Positions 1 through 13,016 of a stretch of DNA of 64,000 nt are shown piece by piece. A program made the position numbers and the translations under genes. The notes beneath the pieces were generated by a model. That model saw only the letters and a list, made by a program, of their open reading frames with translations. It was not told where the DNA came from and searched no databases. This DNA is from Macrostomum lignano (taxonomy: Eukaryota), in contig NIVC01000406.1 of NCBI GenBank assembly GCA_002269645.1, forward strand, positions 193,045-257,044, given 5' to 3'. Each line of letters starts with the position of its first letter. Positions within the stretch are counted from its first letter, which is position 1.

Positions 1-140
1 CCGCCCCCTTTTCCGCCTCCATCCGCCTCCATCCGCCCCCTTATCGGCCTTTATCCGCCTCCTTATCTGCTATCCATCCTTCCCTTCTCTACTCTTATCT
101 GCGCTTCTATCCGCTCATTTTTTCATAAGCTCCGCCTCTA
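1..140. repeat. Degenerate C-rich tandem repeat (ATCCGCCTCC-like), end of an array cut by the window edge
   Basis: Repeated atccgcctcc/atccgccccc/ttatccgcct units decaying to the right. Confidence 0.5.
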
Positions 141-599
141 TCAGCCTCTTGTTGCACGGAATGTAACTCGCCCTTCTCCCTCGCTACAGCAGACTTCTGG
201 TCTGTGTTTTATTTGTACTCATGATTTCTCAATACCAATTATGATGCTTAATCTTCTTAACTACGTTTAAGTGCCATGTCTTCATGTGTCATCGAACTGA
301 TAAAGTTAGTGGTTAATCATATGCGTCATCTGCAATACAATAATATTACTCCAATTATTCGGCCAATATTCATTAAGATCTGCAATTAATGCTCTGAATT
401 TGTACAAAAACTGTTGATTGTACTTTCTAAATTCTAATGCTCTGAAGAATGTTTGTAGTAGAGCGGTTATCTTCGGGCTTGATTGATTTATAATGAATAA
501 TATCTTTTGGTTTTTGAATTTCTTTGCCAGGCTTCGTCTTTTCTTTGTTATAGTCATTTTGCTGCCGCATTAGGTTTACTGCAATATATTCGACACTAA

Positions 600-2155
600 C
601 CTATTCTTCTCTAATCCACTCTACTCTCTCCCTCCCTATTCTACACTCTGCTCTCTCTAGTCTACACTCTGCTCTCTAGTCTACACTCTACTCTCTCCAT
701 TCTATACTATACTCTCCCTATTCTACGCTCTGCTCTCTCTAGTCTACGCTTGCTCTCTCCAGTCTACACTCTGCTCTCCCTATTCTACACTCTGCTCTCC
801 CTATTCTACACTCTGCTCTCTCTAGTCTAAACTCTGCTCTCTAGTCTACACTCTACTCTCTCCATTCTATACTATACTCTCCCTATTCTACGCTCTGCTC
901 TCTCTAGTCTACGCTTGCTCTCTCCAGTCTACACTCTGCTCTCCCTATTCTACACTCTGCTCTCCCTATTCTACACTCTGCTCTCCCTATTCTACACTCT
1001 GCTCTCTCTAGTCTACACTCTACTCTCTCCATTCTACACTCTGCTCTCCCTATTCTACACTCTGCTCTCTCTAGTCTACACTCTACTCTCCCTATTCTAC
1101 ACTCTGCTCTCCCTGTTCTACACTCTGCTCTCCCTATTCTACACTCTGCTCTCCCTATTCTGCACTCTGCTCTCTCTAGTCTACACTCTACTCTCCCTAG
1201 TCTACACTCTGCTCTCCCTATTCTGCACTCTGCTCTCTCTAGTCTACACTCTACTCTCCCTATTCTACACTCTGCTCTCCCTGTTCTACACTCTGCTCTC
1301 CCTATTCTACACTCTGCTCTCTCTAGTCTACACTCTACTCTCTCCATTCTACACCCTCCTCTCCCTATTCTACACTCTGCTCTCCCTGTTCTACACTCTG
1401 CTCTCTCTAGTCTACACTCTGCTCTCTAGTCTACTCTCTACTCTCTCCATTCTACACTATGCTCTCCCTATTCTACACTGCTCTCCCTGTTCTACACTCT
1501 GCTCTCCCTATTCTACACTCTGCTCTCCCTATTCTACACTCTGCTCTCCCTATTCTACACTCTGCTCTCCCTATTCTACACTCTGCTCTCTCTAGTCTAC
1601 ACTCTGCTCTCCCTATTCTACACTCTGCTCTCCCTATTCTACACTCTGCTCTCTCTAGTCTACACTCTGCTCTCCCTATTCTACACTCTGCTCTCCCTAT
1701 TCTACACTCTGCTCTCTCTAGTCTACACTCTGCTCTCCCTATTCTACACTCTGCTCTCTCTAGTCTACACTCTGCTCTCCCTATTCTACACTCTGCTCTC
1801 CCTATTCTACACTCTGCTCTCCCTATTCTACACTCTGCTCTCTCTATTCTACACTCTGCTCTCCCTATTCTACACTCTGCTCTCCCTATTCTACACTCTG
1901 CTCTCCCTATTCTACACTCTGCTCTCCCTATTCTACACTCTGCTCTCTCTAGTCTACACTCTGCTCTCCCTATTCTACACTCTGCTCTCTCTAGTCTACA
2001 CTCTGCTCTCCCTATTCTACACTCTGCTCTCCCTATTCTACACTCTGCTCTCCCTATTCTACACTCTGCTCTCTCTATTCTACACTCTGCTCTCCCTATT
2101 CTACACTCTGCTCTCCCTATTCTACACTCTGCTCTCTCTAGTCTACACTCTGCTG
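600..2155. repeat. Minisatellite, ~21-bp unit CTCTGCTCTCCCTATTCTACA, probably in an upstream intron of the SFMBT gene
   Basis: Roughly 70 near-identical units read directly; they produce the spurious heptad ORFs 904..1347, 915..1595 and the start of 1459..3021. Confidence 0.95.
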
Positions 2156-2361
2156 TCTTTCTCCTCTACTCTCTACTCTCATCTACTCTAACTCTTTCGA
2201 CTCCTCTCAGCTCTCTACTTACATTCTGCTCTTTTAAGTCTACTATCTCTCTCCAACTGTTCACCCAACTTCATAACCTGTTACTGAACTTCTTGCAAAC
2301 TCACGACTCCTGCTCTAATTCTTTTTCCTCTTTAACTGCATCGACCCTCCGCCCTCTGCAG

Positions 2362-5300
2362 ACCGCAGAGCCGGCAACCGCCAAACCGGTTGAGACGCCC
2401 CTAGCGGCGTCAACGGGACCAGAGGATGACTCGAACCCCTGCCGCTCGTTCACCTGGGATGATTACCTGCAGAATACGGGCGCCATCGCGGCCGATTCCG
2501 ACACTTTCCATCACGTAGAAGCTGCCCACGCCAGCCTCTGCCGGCCTGGCATGCTGTTCGCGTTGCCATGGAAACGCGACACTTATTGGCCAGTTCGCAT
2601 AGCAACTGTTAGCGGACCGTTGCTAGGCGTTCAATTCGTTGGCGCAGCTTCGTCGGTTGCTAAGGAGCAGCATCAGCATCAGCAGCCAGTGTGGTACAGC
2701 GTGGCCAGCAAGACTGGCAAATCGCTGGATTGGTGCCGCCAGAACCCCACGCTAGTAAAACCGCCGCCCGAAGTTCGAGTCGGCGACTCTTCAGACACTG
2801 CAGACGATGCCGTATTGAAAAGTTTATTACTAGGCAAAGGCGAAGGCGAAGGCGAGGACGCTCCGACTGAGATGCTTGATGGTGACGCCCTGCAACCGGC
2901 TGAGAGGATTCTGGAGGGCGGCCTGTTGGAGTGCTGCGACTGTCTGATGCCATACGCTCTGTGGTTTGTTAAGGTTAGCTGGGATGCAGATGGAATGCAG
3001 ATTGGTTCCAGTATCGGGTAGATTGGTTCCAGTTTCGGCTTTCGGGTAGATTGGTTCCAGTTTCTGGTAGATTGTTTCTAGTATCGGGTAGATTGGTTCC
3101 AGTATCGTGTAGATTGTTTCCAGTATCGGGTAGATTGGTTCCAGTATCAGGTAGATTGGTTCCAGTATCGTGTAGATTGTTTCCAGTATCGGGTAGATTG
3201 TTTCCAATATCGGTTAGATTGGTTCCAGTATCGTGTAGATTGGTTCCAGTATCGTGTAGATTGTTTCCAGTATCGGTTAGATTGGTTCCAGTGTCTGGTA
3301 GATTGGTTCCAGTTACTGGTAGATTGGTTCCAGTATCAGGTAGATTGGTTCCAGTTTCGGGTAGATTGGTTCCAGTTTCGGCTTTCGGGTAGATTGGTTC
3401 CAGTTTCTGGTAGATTGGTTCCAGTATCGGGTAGATTGGTTCCAGTTTCGGCTTTCGGGTAGATTGGTTCCAGTTTCTGGTAGATTGTTTCCAGTTTCTG
3501 GTAGATTGGTTCCAGTATCAGGTAGATTGGTTCCAGTTTCTGGTAGATTGTTTCAAGTATCGGGTAGATTGGTTCGAGTATCGGGTAGATTGGTTCCAGT
3601 ATCAGGTAGATTGTTTCCAGTATCGGTTGGATTGGTTCCAGTTTCTGGTAGATTGTTTCAAGTATCGGGTAGATTGGTTCGAGTATCGGGTAGGTTGGTT
3701 CCAGTTTCGGCTTTCGGGTAGATTGGTTCCAGTTTCGGCTTTCGGGTAGGTTGGTTCCAGTATCGGGTAGATTGGTTCCAGTTTCGGCTTTCGGGTAGAT
3801 CGGTTCCTTAATCTAATAGCGCAGTTCCAGTTTCCTCAGTGCGAGCACCTCGAACGCCATCATCCCGCCACCCAAAGGTCGTTAGCAACCGCGGCGGCCG
3901 ACTCCAGCTCGTGTGGATGGACGAGCAGTGCTCGGAGCCCCGGCCCGACAGAGAGCCGTTCTACCTGTTCTTCACCAGCCACCGACTGCATCCGTTGGGG
4001 TTTGGCGCCTCGGATAGCGAGCAGAAGTCGTCACTTCCCTACTATTATTCTCCCAGCCTGACCGAGTCGGGCCGGGTGTCCAACGAGTCGGCCACCAGCC
4101 TATCGTCGTCATGGCAACCAGCATTAGCCGGTAAATTTATGCGCAAGCATCGGGCCCCGCCGCAGCATAGATTCCGCTTGGGCCATCGAATGGAAGCTGT
4201 GCATCCGGTGCATAGGCGGACTATCCAGCCCGCCTCTGTCGTGTCAGTGATTGACAAGCACTTTTTCATTGTCGAATTGGACGATTTACGGCCGCCTAGT
4301 GAACGGCAGAGCGTGAAACGGTTGTGCACTGCGGAGACCTGCGAGATATTCGCCGCTAATACTTGCGCCTCGAGGTCGCTGCCCTTGACTCCTCCGCCGG
4401 GTGAGTTTACCAGTGTCGGTTGTGGGATATTTATCAATGTGTCAGCTGTAGAATGTTATCTGTGTCGGTTATGAGGTGTTTGTTAGTGTTTGTTGTAGGG
4501 TGTTTATTGGTGTCGTTTGTGAAATGTTTATCGGAGTCAGTTGCGGGGTGTTTATCAGCTAGTCAGTGATGGGAATGTCGATCTGCTAGTTAGTGGTTGG
4601 GTTGTTTATCAGCTTGTCAGTCGTACAGCGGGGTGTTTATCAGCTAGTCAGTTGTGGGGGTGTTTATCAGCTAGTCAGTTGTGGGGGTGTTTATCAGCTA
4701 GTCAGTTGTGGGGGGTGTTTATCAGCTAGTCAGTTGTGGGGGTGTTTATCAGCTAGTCAGTTGTGGGGGTGTTTATCAGCTAGTCAGTTGTGGGGGTGTT
4801 TATCAGCTAGTCAGTTGTGGGGGTGTTTATCAGCTAGTCAGTTGGGGGGTGTTTATCAGCTAGTCAGTTGTGGGGGTGTTTATCAGCTAGTCAGTTGTGG
4901 GGGTGTTTATCAGCTAGTCAGTTGTGGGGGTGTTTATCAGCTAGTCAGTTGTGGGGGTGTTTATCAGCTAGTCAGTTGTGGGGGTGTTTATCAGCTAGTC
5001 AGTTGTGGGGGTGTTTATCAGCTAGTCAGTTGTGGGGGTGTTTATCAGCTAGTCAGTTGTGGGGTGTTTATCAGCTAGTCAGTTGTGGGGGTGTTTATCA
5101 GCTAGTCAGTTGTGGGGTGTTTATCAGCTAGTTTATCAGTGTAGACTAGACTAGCATAACTACAAAACGGCCCATCACAAACCACTGTACTCCCATTAAC
5201 CGCAATTCCCAGGTCACAGCGGCCACTTCACCTGGGCTGGTTACCTGGCCAGCCTCCCAGCCTCATCGGACGGTCAAGCCGCCCAGGCCCCGCCCGACTC

Positions 5301-7083
5301 ATATTTCCAGCTGCCAGACGAAGAGTTCGACTTTTGTCTGGGCGAAAAGTTGGAAATGGTCAGCCAAGAGGAACCAGCTAATACTCTGGTGCCGGCCACC
5401 ATCACCAGGTTTATTGGCCGGCTGATGCTGCTGCATCTCAATCATCTGCCGCCGCTGTCTCCGCCAATTCTGGTTGACATGGGATCCACCAGCCTGTTCC
5501 ACGTTGGCTGGGCCGAACTGAATGGCCATCGAATGTCTGTGCCGTTTTGCTATCAACAGGTATATTAATGAATACTTACTCAAATTAATTGCTTTATGTT
5601 TTCACTTTAGTCACAAGGTTCACTCTGACCCACTAATTAACCTACTCATTGATCCACTAATTGACCTACTTTTTGGCCTACTTTTTGACCTACTTATTGA
5701 CCTACTTATTGACCCACTTGTTGACCTACTTTTTGACCTACTTATTGACCCACTTGTTGACCTACTCAGTAAAGCCTGCTAATAGGCGTACTATAACTAA
5801 TTTAATAATTTTACCTCTAGTTTAGAGTACCTTATTTTTATAACTACTATTCGATGTATTGACGCATATGCAATATATTTTACCCTTCAGTGAACATGCT
5901 TTACTTATTATTCTAATACACACGCTTCTCGCCTACTAACAGTAGCAATCTGTAGAAAAAATGTTATAGTTAAGCCTTTTAAAAAGTCTCAACTACCCTG
6001 CCACCATTGCAGGCGGCCCATCACAAGCGCCTGCTAACTAACGTGCATCCGCCAAGCTGGTGCAGCAAAATCTACGTCAACAGCCGTTGCCACGTGGGCC
6101 CCAGCCTGTCCAAAGGCTCCGTAGATGGCCTACCAAAGTCCCTCGGTCCAGGCGACGTGTGCGTCCTACTCGAAGACCTAATCAGTCGAATAGTACAAGC
6201 GGCCTACAATCCCACGAAGGTGTTAAAAGACATCGAGCGTGATCCCGAAGAGCCGCGCGATTCTCTGGCTCAACGCCCGATGAAAGCGAAGTTCAAAGGC
6301 AAATCTTATTCGTCAATAGTGCAGCTGTGCAATAACAGCATGTTTCTAGACGAATATTTGAAGCAGTTCTGCATCAGACTGAAGGCCTGCCCCTATTTTG
6401 TTAGCGTATTCCGTTTGCGCACCTCCTGCCCGGAGACCTGTCAGGCCAGATTAAAGAAACTGCTCACAGTCGAACGGTTGCCAAGGAAGACTCGACCGCC
6501 TAGGCTGCTCAGACCGAATGCTTCGGCTAGCAATCTGCCTCAGCTGGAGCAGCAACCGCAGCATCAGGCAGGCGGAGACGACAGCTATCAAGGTGGCGCC
6601 GATGTTGACGACGATCTGGCTAGCAACCATTCCTCAGCTAATGGCGGCGCCGCTCGGGTGCAAACTCGCGGCGTCCGTCTGCCCAGCTACGCCCTGCTAG
6701 AGAAGCGCAAAAAGCGGCGCAATAATAATCATAACGATGATCAGCAGCAGCAGCAGCAGCAGCAGGCTTCTGCCTCGGCTGGAGCGGCCGCATCTGCTAC
6801 TACTAGTAGTAGTAAGAAAGCTAAATTAGCTCCTCCATTGATATCTAATCCGTTGCATTGGTCAATTGACGAATTGTTAATCTATTTAAAATCCAATACG
6901 GACATATCTGACGATGTCTGCGAGCTGCTCGTGTCTGAGAAGGTCGATGGACAGGCCTTCCTGTTGCTGACTCTGCCCACTGTTGTTAGCGGGCTGGGCT
7001 TGTCTCTGTCAGCCTCTGCCGAGCTCTGCCACTGCGTCTGGCAGCTTAAGAAGGCCTTCTTTCAGCAGTTCGCCAATAGCTAG
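2362..7083 (+). CDS. SFMBT: Scm-like with four MBT domains protein (4x MBT, SLED, C-terminal SAM); 5' end not identified. Exons 2362-2973, 3878-4400, 5213-5559, 6013-7083
   Basis: MBT motifs [20 protein letters not shown]|[52 protein letters not shown]-like [43 protein letters not shown]. All junctions are GT/AG and phase-compatible (0,1,0); 2553 nt = 851 codons. The 2362 acceptor is uncertain. Confidence 0.9.
2995..3810. repeat. Intronic minisatellite, ~21-bp unit GATTGGTTCCAGTATCGGGTA (SFMBT intron)
   Basis: Direct reading; lies between donor 2974 and acceptor 3877. Confidence 0.95.
4540..5135. repeat. Intronic minisatellite, ~26-bp unit GTTTATCAGCTAGTCAGTTGTGGGGGT (SFMBT intron)
   Basis: Direct reading; degenerate copies extend back to the donor at 4401. 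Confidence 0.95.
5640..5770. repeat. Short intronic tandem repeat TTGACC(T/C)ACTT(A/T/G)
   Basis: About 10 copies of a 12-bp unit in the last SFMBT intron. Confidence 0.8.
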
Positions 7084-7234
7084 TCTATGGGAAACCGAGC
7101 TGGTTCTTTGACTTTTCCTCTCTACTCACTATTTATTTTTATTAGTCTTTGTGTTTATTCGGTATTGTTGTCTCACTTGTTATCAATTTGTGTGTGTGTC
7201 TGCTTTCAGCTAATTAGCAGTGTGCACTCCCCTG

Positions 7235-7610
7235 TGTCTGCGTATCTTTGTCTGTCTCTCTACTCTAACTTGTCCAGCTCGTGTGTCTGTCTCTCTACTC
7301 TAACTTGTCCAGCTCGTGTGTCTGTCTCTCTACTCTAACTTGTCCAGCTCGTGTGTCTGTCTCTCTACTCTAACTTGTCCAGCTCGTGTGTCTGTCTCTC
7401 TACTCTAACTTGTCCAGCTCGTGTGTCTGTCTCTCTACTCTAACTTGTCCAGCTCGTGTGTCTGTCTCTCTACTCTAACTTGTCCAGCTCGTGTGTCTGT
7501 CTCTCTACTCTAACTTGTCCAGCTCGTGTGTCTGTCTCTCTACTCTAACTTGTCCAGCTCGTGTGTCTGTCTCTCTACTCTAACTTGTCCAGCTCGTGTG
7601 TCTGTCTCTA
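7235..7610. repeat. 35-bp tandem repeat TGTGTCTGTCTCTCTACTCTAACTTGTCCAGCTCG downstream of the SFMBT stop
   Basis: About 10 near-perfect copies. Confidence 0.95.
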
Positions 7611-7649
7611 GGCCTCTTACTGCCACCCCCGTCATCTATCCTTATTTCT

Positions 7650-7735
7650 CTCCTCTTCTCTTTGCTCTCTCTCTCTCTCCTTCTCCTCTCTCTCTCCTCC
7701 TCTCCTCTCTCTCCTCCTCTCTCTCTCTCCTTCTC

Positions 7736-7767
<32 letters not shown>

Positions 7768-8590
7768 CTTCTCCTCTCTCTCCCTCTCCTCTCTCTCCTT
7801 CTCCTCTCTCTCTCTCCTTCTCCTCTCTCTCTCCTTCTCCTCTCTCTCCCTCTCCTCTCTCTCCTTCTCCTCTCTCTCCCTCTCCTCTCTCTCCCTCTCC
7901 TCTCTCCCTCTCCTCTGTTTCTCCTCTCTCTCCCTCTCTCTCCTTCTCCTCTCTCTCTCTCTCTCCTTCTCCTCTCTCTCTCCCTCTCCTCTCTCTCTCT
8001 CTCCTCTCTCTCTCTCCTTCTCCTCTCTCTCCCTCTCCTCTCTCTCCCTCTCCTCTCTCTCTCTCCTTCTCCTCTCTCTCTCCCTCTCCTCTCTCTCTCT
8101 CTCTCTCCTCTCTCTCCCTCTCCTCTCTCTCCTTCTCCTCTCTCTCTCTCCTTCTCCTCTCTCTCTCTCTCTCCTCTCTCTCTCTCCTTCTCCTCTCTCT
8201 CCCTCTCCTCTCTCTCCCTCTCCTCTCTCCCTCTCCTCTGTTTCTCCTCTCTCTCCCTCTCTCTCCTTCTCCTCTCTCTCTCTCCTTCTCCTCTCTCTCT
8301 CCTTCTCCTCTCCTCTCCTCTCCTCTCCTCTCTCTCTCTCCTTCTCCTCTCTCTCTCCTTCTCCTCTCCTCTCCTCTCCTCTCCTCTCCTCTCCTCTCCT
8401 CTCTCTCTCTCCTTCTCCTCTCTCTCTCCCTCTCCTCTCTCTCTCCTTCTCCTCTCCTCTCCTCTCCTCTCCTCTCCTCTCCTCTCCTCTCCCCCTCCTC
8501 TCCTCTCCCCCTCCTCTCCCCATCGCCTCTCCTCTCCTCTCGTCTCTCCTCTTCTCACCTTTCATCTCCTTTCTCCTCTCCTCTCTTCTC
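7650..8590. repeat. CT-rich polypyrimidine low-complexity tract
   Basis: Almost only C and T; source of the Leu/Ser and Arg/Glu pseudo-ORFs. Confidence 0.95.
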
Positions 8591-9344
8591 TCTCTTCTCT
8601 TCTGTTTTGCGGTAGTTAAAATCGTTTTGCTATTTAAATTTAGTTCATTTCATTAAGTATTTGTGTACAAACACGAAACACGGAACTTGTTAATATTCAT
8701 TTCATTTGTCTAATAAATTCTGCTCTGACCTTAACAGGAGAATTACTGTTTTTTTCTTCTCTTCCAGAAGTGTTTGTGATTTAGATAAATTATCTATAAT
8801 AAGCTCTCTATTGCTGCTCCAATTCTAAGAGACGCGTTGCCATTCTTTCTGTCCAAAAGTATCTTTTAATTGTTGTGCTAAGCTCACAAAAAATATTTAT
8901 TAAATAAGGAGTTTATGTCGAAACAATATTTATTGCGTCTGCGTAAAGTACAAATCTGTGTAGTGCTGTGACTGAAATTCCAATGTCATATTTTATTTGA
9001 AATTACCATAAACTCCTTTCCTTATCTGATGGCCAAGCAATTTTCGCTTAGTGCGATAGTGTTTAATAATAATCTTTCTTAAATTAATAAATTACAGTTC
9101 TATCTTAATTTTAGTAATAAAAAAACTAACTTTCTATTTCCAGGCACCACGTCAGTATGCATCGTTTTTTATTACTTGTATCAACGATAATAATTCATTG
9201 TGGTTTATGATTTATAATATAATCTATTATTTAAGTTACGAGTGCGCACCGTGTGACCGTGTGCGCGTTTATTGACTCGATAAGTTAGTTTATAACAGTT
9301 TATAAATGCAGTTAATCTCGTGTCATTTCGCTTTTAATCCTGTA

Positions 9345-9990
9345 AAAGTCATGACCTTGACTCGTGAAGGAATCGGGAATCCCGTACAAACCATGACCTT
9401 GACTCGTAAAGGAATCGGGAATCCCGTACAAATCATGACCTTGACTCGTAAAGGAATCGGGAATCCCGTACAAACCATGACCTTGACTCGTAAAGGAATC
9501 GGGAATCCCGTACAAATCATGACCTTGACTCGTAAAGGAATCGGGAATCCCGTACAAATCATGACCTTGACTCGTAAAGGAATCGGGAATCCCGTACAAA
9601 TCATGACCTTGACTCGTGAAGGAATCGGGAATCTCGTACAAATCATGACCTTGACTCGTGAAGGAATCGGGAATCCCGTACAAACCATGACCTTGACTCG
9701 TAAAGGAATCGGGAATCCCGTACAAATCATGACCTTGACTCGTGAAGGAATCGGGAATCTCGTACAAATCATGACCTTGACTCGTGAAGGAATCGGGAAT
9801 CCCGTACAAACCATGACCTTGACTCGTAAAGGAATCGGGAATCCCGTACAAATCATGACCTTGACTCGTGAAGGAATCGGGAATCTCGTACAAATCATGA
9901 CCTTGACTCGTGAAGGAATCGGGAATCTCGTACAAATCATGACCTTGACTCGGGAAGGATTTGGAAATCCCGTGCAAATCATGACCTTGA
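9345..9990. repeat. 42-bp tandem repeat ATCATGACCTTGACTCGT(A/G)AAGGAATCGGGAATCCCGTACAA
   Basis: About 15 copies; the unit is a multiple of 3, so it is open in several frames on both strands. Confidence 0.95.
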
Positions 9991-10839
9991 ATCTTGGGTG
10001 ATCGAATCGGGAATCCCATATAAATCATCAATAATTGATTAGGTTATTTTTTTAACCAATCTACTTAAGAATGAGCTTTGTATTTGTTTAGAAAATATCG
10101 ATTGAAAACGGCTACAATGTGACTTGAGACCTGATTTGTACCATATCTCTCCTAGTTAAAAGGGCAATTTTTTAAGAAACGCAAACTAAATTGGAAGTAT
10201 GTGTGTACTGTACGTTTTGTGTTCTGTATATTCTCAGAAAGAGGCAGAAAAGTCACGTGTGTTAGGCCAAAACGTGTTACCCTGAAGGCACCGGGTGCAC
10301 TGATCCGAGAGGGATTGAGTTTCTTTGCAACTCGCTTCGTTCGTTTCCTTGGGGGGGGGGGGTGGCTGCAGAAAAAGAGGGAGAAGAGAGACGTGCCAGA
10401 TAGAAAATTGGACGAAAAATTGTTATAACCTCTGAGACGCGTTCTCAGTTCTCTGCACCTCTCCGTACTATACTAACTCTTCAATTCTATAATGCTCAAT
10501 GAAACAGCTGCTGTTGCTGCTGCTGCTGCTGAGATATCTGAAAGTCCAACAGCCAATGGGAGCAGATTAGAGGGACAGAAAGAGAGACCTGTTCGTTGTT
10601 TTCTGTCCTCTTCAAATATCCCATATCTCTATATTATATAGTGTAGTCATATAGCTAGACCTGCTCAAGATCCTAAACACAGCTGACAGGTTGCTAAGCT
10701 GAATTTAAGACGGCTGTTGAAGAGCAAAGCTGGTTAAAGAAATAATAATGCAGTTTAGCACTGCGGCTGATTTGAAATTCTGCTCTGCAACTAGCAGGTG
10801 AGTGTGGCGTGATTACTTTAAGGCCATGTTTTCATACTC

Positions 10840-11865
10840 GAAGGGTGAGATTTTGAGAGCCTCTCATAACACTGATTATGAGATGTTGAGACCCTCTCCT
10901 AACACTGATTATGAGATGTTGAAACCCTCTCCTAACACTGATTATGAGATGTTGAGACCCTCTCCTAACACTGATTATGAGATTTTGAGACCCTCTCCTA
11001 ACACTGATTATGAGATTTTGAGACCCTCTCCTAACACTGATTATGAGATGTTGAGACCCTCTCCTAACACTGATTATGAGATTTTGAGACCCTCTCCTAA
11101 CACTGATTATGAGATTTTGAGACCCTCTCCTAACACTGATTATGAGATTTTGAGACCCTCTCCTAACACTGATTATGAGATTTTGAGACCCTCTCCTAAC
11201 ACTGATTATGAGATTTCGGGACCCTCGGCTAAAACTGATTATGAGATTTTGAAACTCTCGCCTGAAACTGATTGAGATTTTGAAACTCTCGCCTGAAACT
11301 GATTGAGATTTTGAAATTCTCGCCTGAAACTGATTATGAGATTTTGAAACTCTCGCCTAAAACAGATTATGAATGAGATTTTGAAACTCTCGCCTAAAAC
11401 AGATTATGAATGAGATTTTGAAACTCTCGCCTAAAACAGATTATGAATGAGATTTTGAAACTCTCGCCTGAAACTGATTGAGATTTTGAAATTCTCGCCT
11501 GAAACTGATTATGAGATTTTGAAACACTCGCCTGAAACTGATTATGAGATTTTGAAACTCTCGCCTAAAACAGATTATGAGATCTTGAAACTCTCGCCTG
11601 AAACTGATTATGAGATTTTGAAACACTCACCTGAAACTGATTATGAGATTTTGAAACTCTCGCCTGAAATAGATTATGAGATTTTGAAACTCTCGCCTAA
11701 AACAGATTATGAATGAGATTTTGAAACTCTCGCCTGAAACTGATTATGAGATTTTGAAACTCTCGCCTGAAACTGATTATGAGATTTTGAAACTCTCGCC
11801 TGAAACTGATTATGAGATTTTGAAACACTCACCTGAAACTGATTATGAGATTTTGAAACTCTTGC
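10840..11865. repeat. ~33-bp tandem repeat GAGATTTTGA..CTCTC..AACACTGATTAT with two variant blocks
   Basis: Left block gagaccctctcctaacactgattat; right block gaaactctcgcctgaaactgattat. Starts just after a CAG|GTGAGT donor at 10798. Confidence 0.95.
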
Positions 11866-12258
11866 TTAAAACTTACTGAAATTTTTTCAGGGGCGCCAAA
11901 ACCTATAGATTATGAATAATTATCATCCTTGCTTGGCTAGGCATATTAATCAGTCCTTCTAGCCAGTTAGTTAAATAATATAATTATAATTGAGGCTGCA
12001 AAATGCAGAGAACACTGGGCTTGATGTGGATTTTGGTATTGCATGCGCTTGGCGATGGATTTTTGAGATTAGATAAGGCAGTGGGACACGAAGACAGATT
12101 AAGCTCGTTTCTTCCAAAGTGCCGCAAGAAAAATGAAATAATAAAAGCTCTTATTTATGTGGTTTTTTTTATTATTCGGTCGTAATACTCGTTTAAGCTA
12201 CTCTTTCATTAGTAGACAAAGCGGGCATAAGTGAGATTTTTTTAATACCAAAAAACAC

Positions 12259-12287
12259 TAGGGTTAGGGTTAGGGTTAGGGTTAGGG
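12259..12287 (+). repeat. Short interstitial telomere-type repeat (TTAGGG)n
   Basis: taggg ttaggg ttaggg ttaggg ttaggg: four perfect units plus one partial. Confidence 0.8.
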
Positions 12288-13016
12288 TTTTGTGTAGTTA
12301 CTAATATCTAATTTACTGAACTTTCTGAAATTCTCTGACCAAACCTACGATTTGGTAACCAACAGGGTAATAAAGTATTATCTTCAAGGCCTTCAAATCT
12401 GTACACGTATACGATTATCTATACATTTAGAGTGTTAGGCCAGATCCGCTCTATAAATTGTTTAGAACAGTTTGAAACCGAAAAAACGAAACGCTGAAAC
12501 CCTCGCTTAGTCAGCGATTCTCTGCTCCTGAAAAATCAGGCTCTCTGCCCCAGTTGAGACAGATTTTTTACCAGCATATCAGTGAGCAAAGCTTTTCTCA
12601 ATTTACTTTTATTAGCTGCTATTTTTATTTTAACACAATCTACTAGCGCTTGCAAATGTACATCCAGTCTCGGGAGTGTACATTCTTTTCTAACCCCAGC
12701 CCCTCCCCTCCCAAACCACCGCCCTGTTCCAAGCGCTAAATTAGGCGAAGGCTCTCTCTGCAGTCGTTGGCCTCGCCCTTCGGTTGTGTGCGCTTGTCTA
12801 TCGGCCCTTAACCTCAACCTCCTTACATATCTGTCACACCTTTTCCCTTCTTACCTGCCTGCCCTGCCTATGCCACCTGTATGCTATATGCAGGTGAAAG
12901 CAACCAACCACTGTGTGACCTTGTAGACTTGAATATAAATTACACACAGACCAAATATTAGCTACAGCAACAAGGATTGCTTTCATATTAATCTGCTATA
13001 GAGTTGAGAGTTGACT

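Noticed and set aside
904-2330. Long heptad-repeat ORFs (LHSALPI, YTLLSLF, AECRIGR)
   Set aside because: They are translations of the 21-bp minisatellite, open in several frames on both strands. The same applies to ORFs over 3051-3721, 7526-8656, 9306-10031, 28491-29326, 33182-34030, 38566-40286, 52920-53243 and 61216-63377.
5139-5151. 13-bp inverted match (AGTGTAGACTAGA) to the 600-2155 array
   Set aside because: It is a single short match and could be coincidental.
5350-5559. The fourth MBT repeat lacks an obvious FDGW..YW aromatic cage
   Set aside because: SFMBT-family MBT repeats are often degenerate at these positions, and I cannot show a difference from orthologs without an alignment.
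9345-9990. GGGAATCCC in each 42-bp unit as an NF-kB-like site
   Set aside because: It matches the 10-bp consensus imperfectly, and there is no evidence the factor is relevant in this organism.
10492-10642. Small Ala-rich ORF MLNETAAVAAAAAEISES...
   Set aside because: It is about 50 codons, contains a (GCT)n tract and has no clear donor linking it to downstream exons; at most a uORF.
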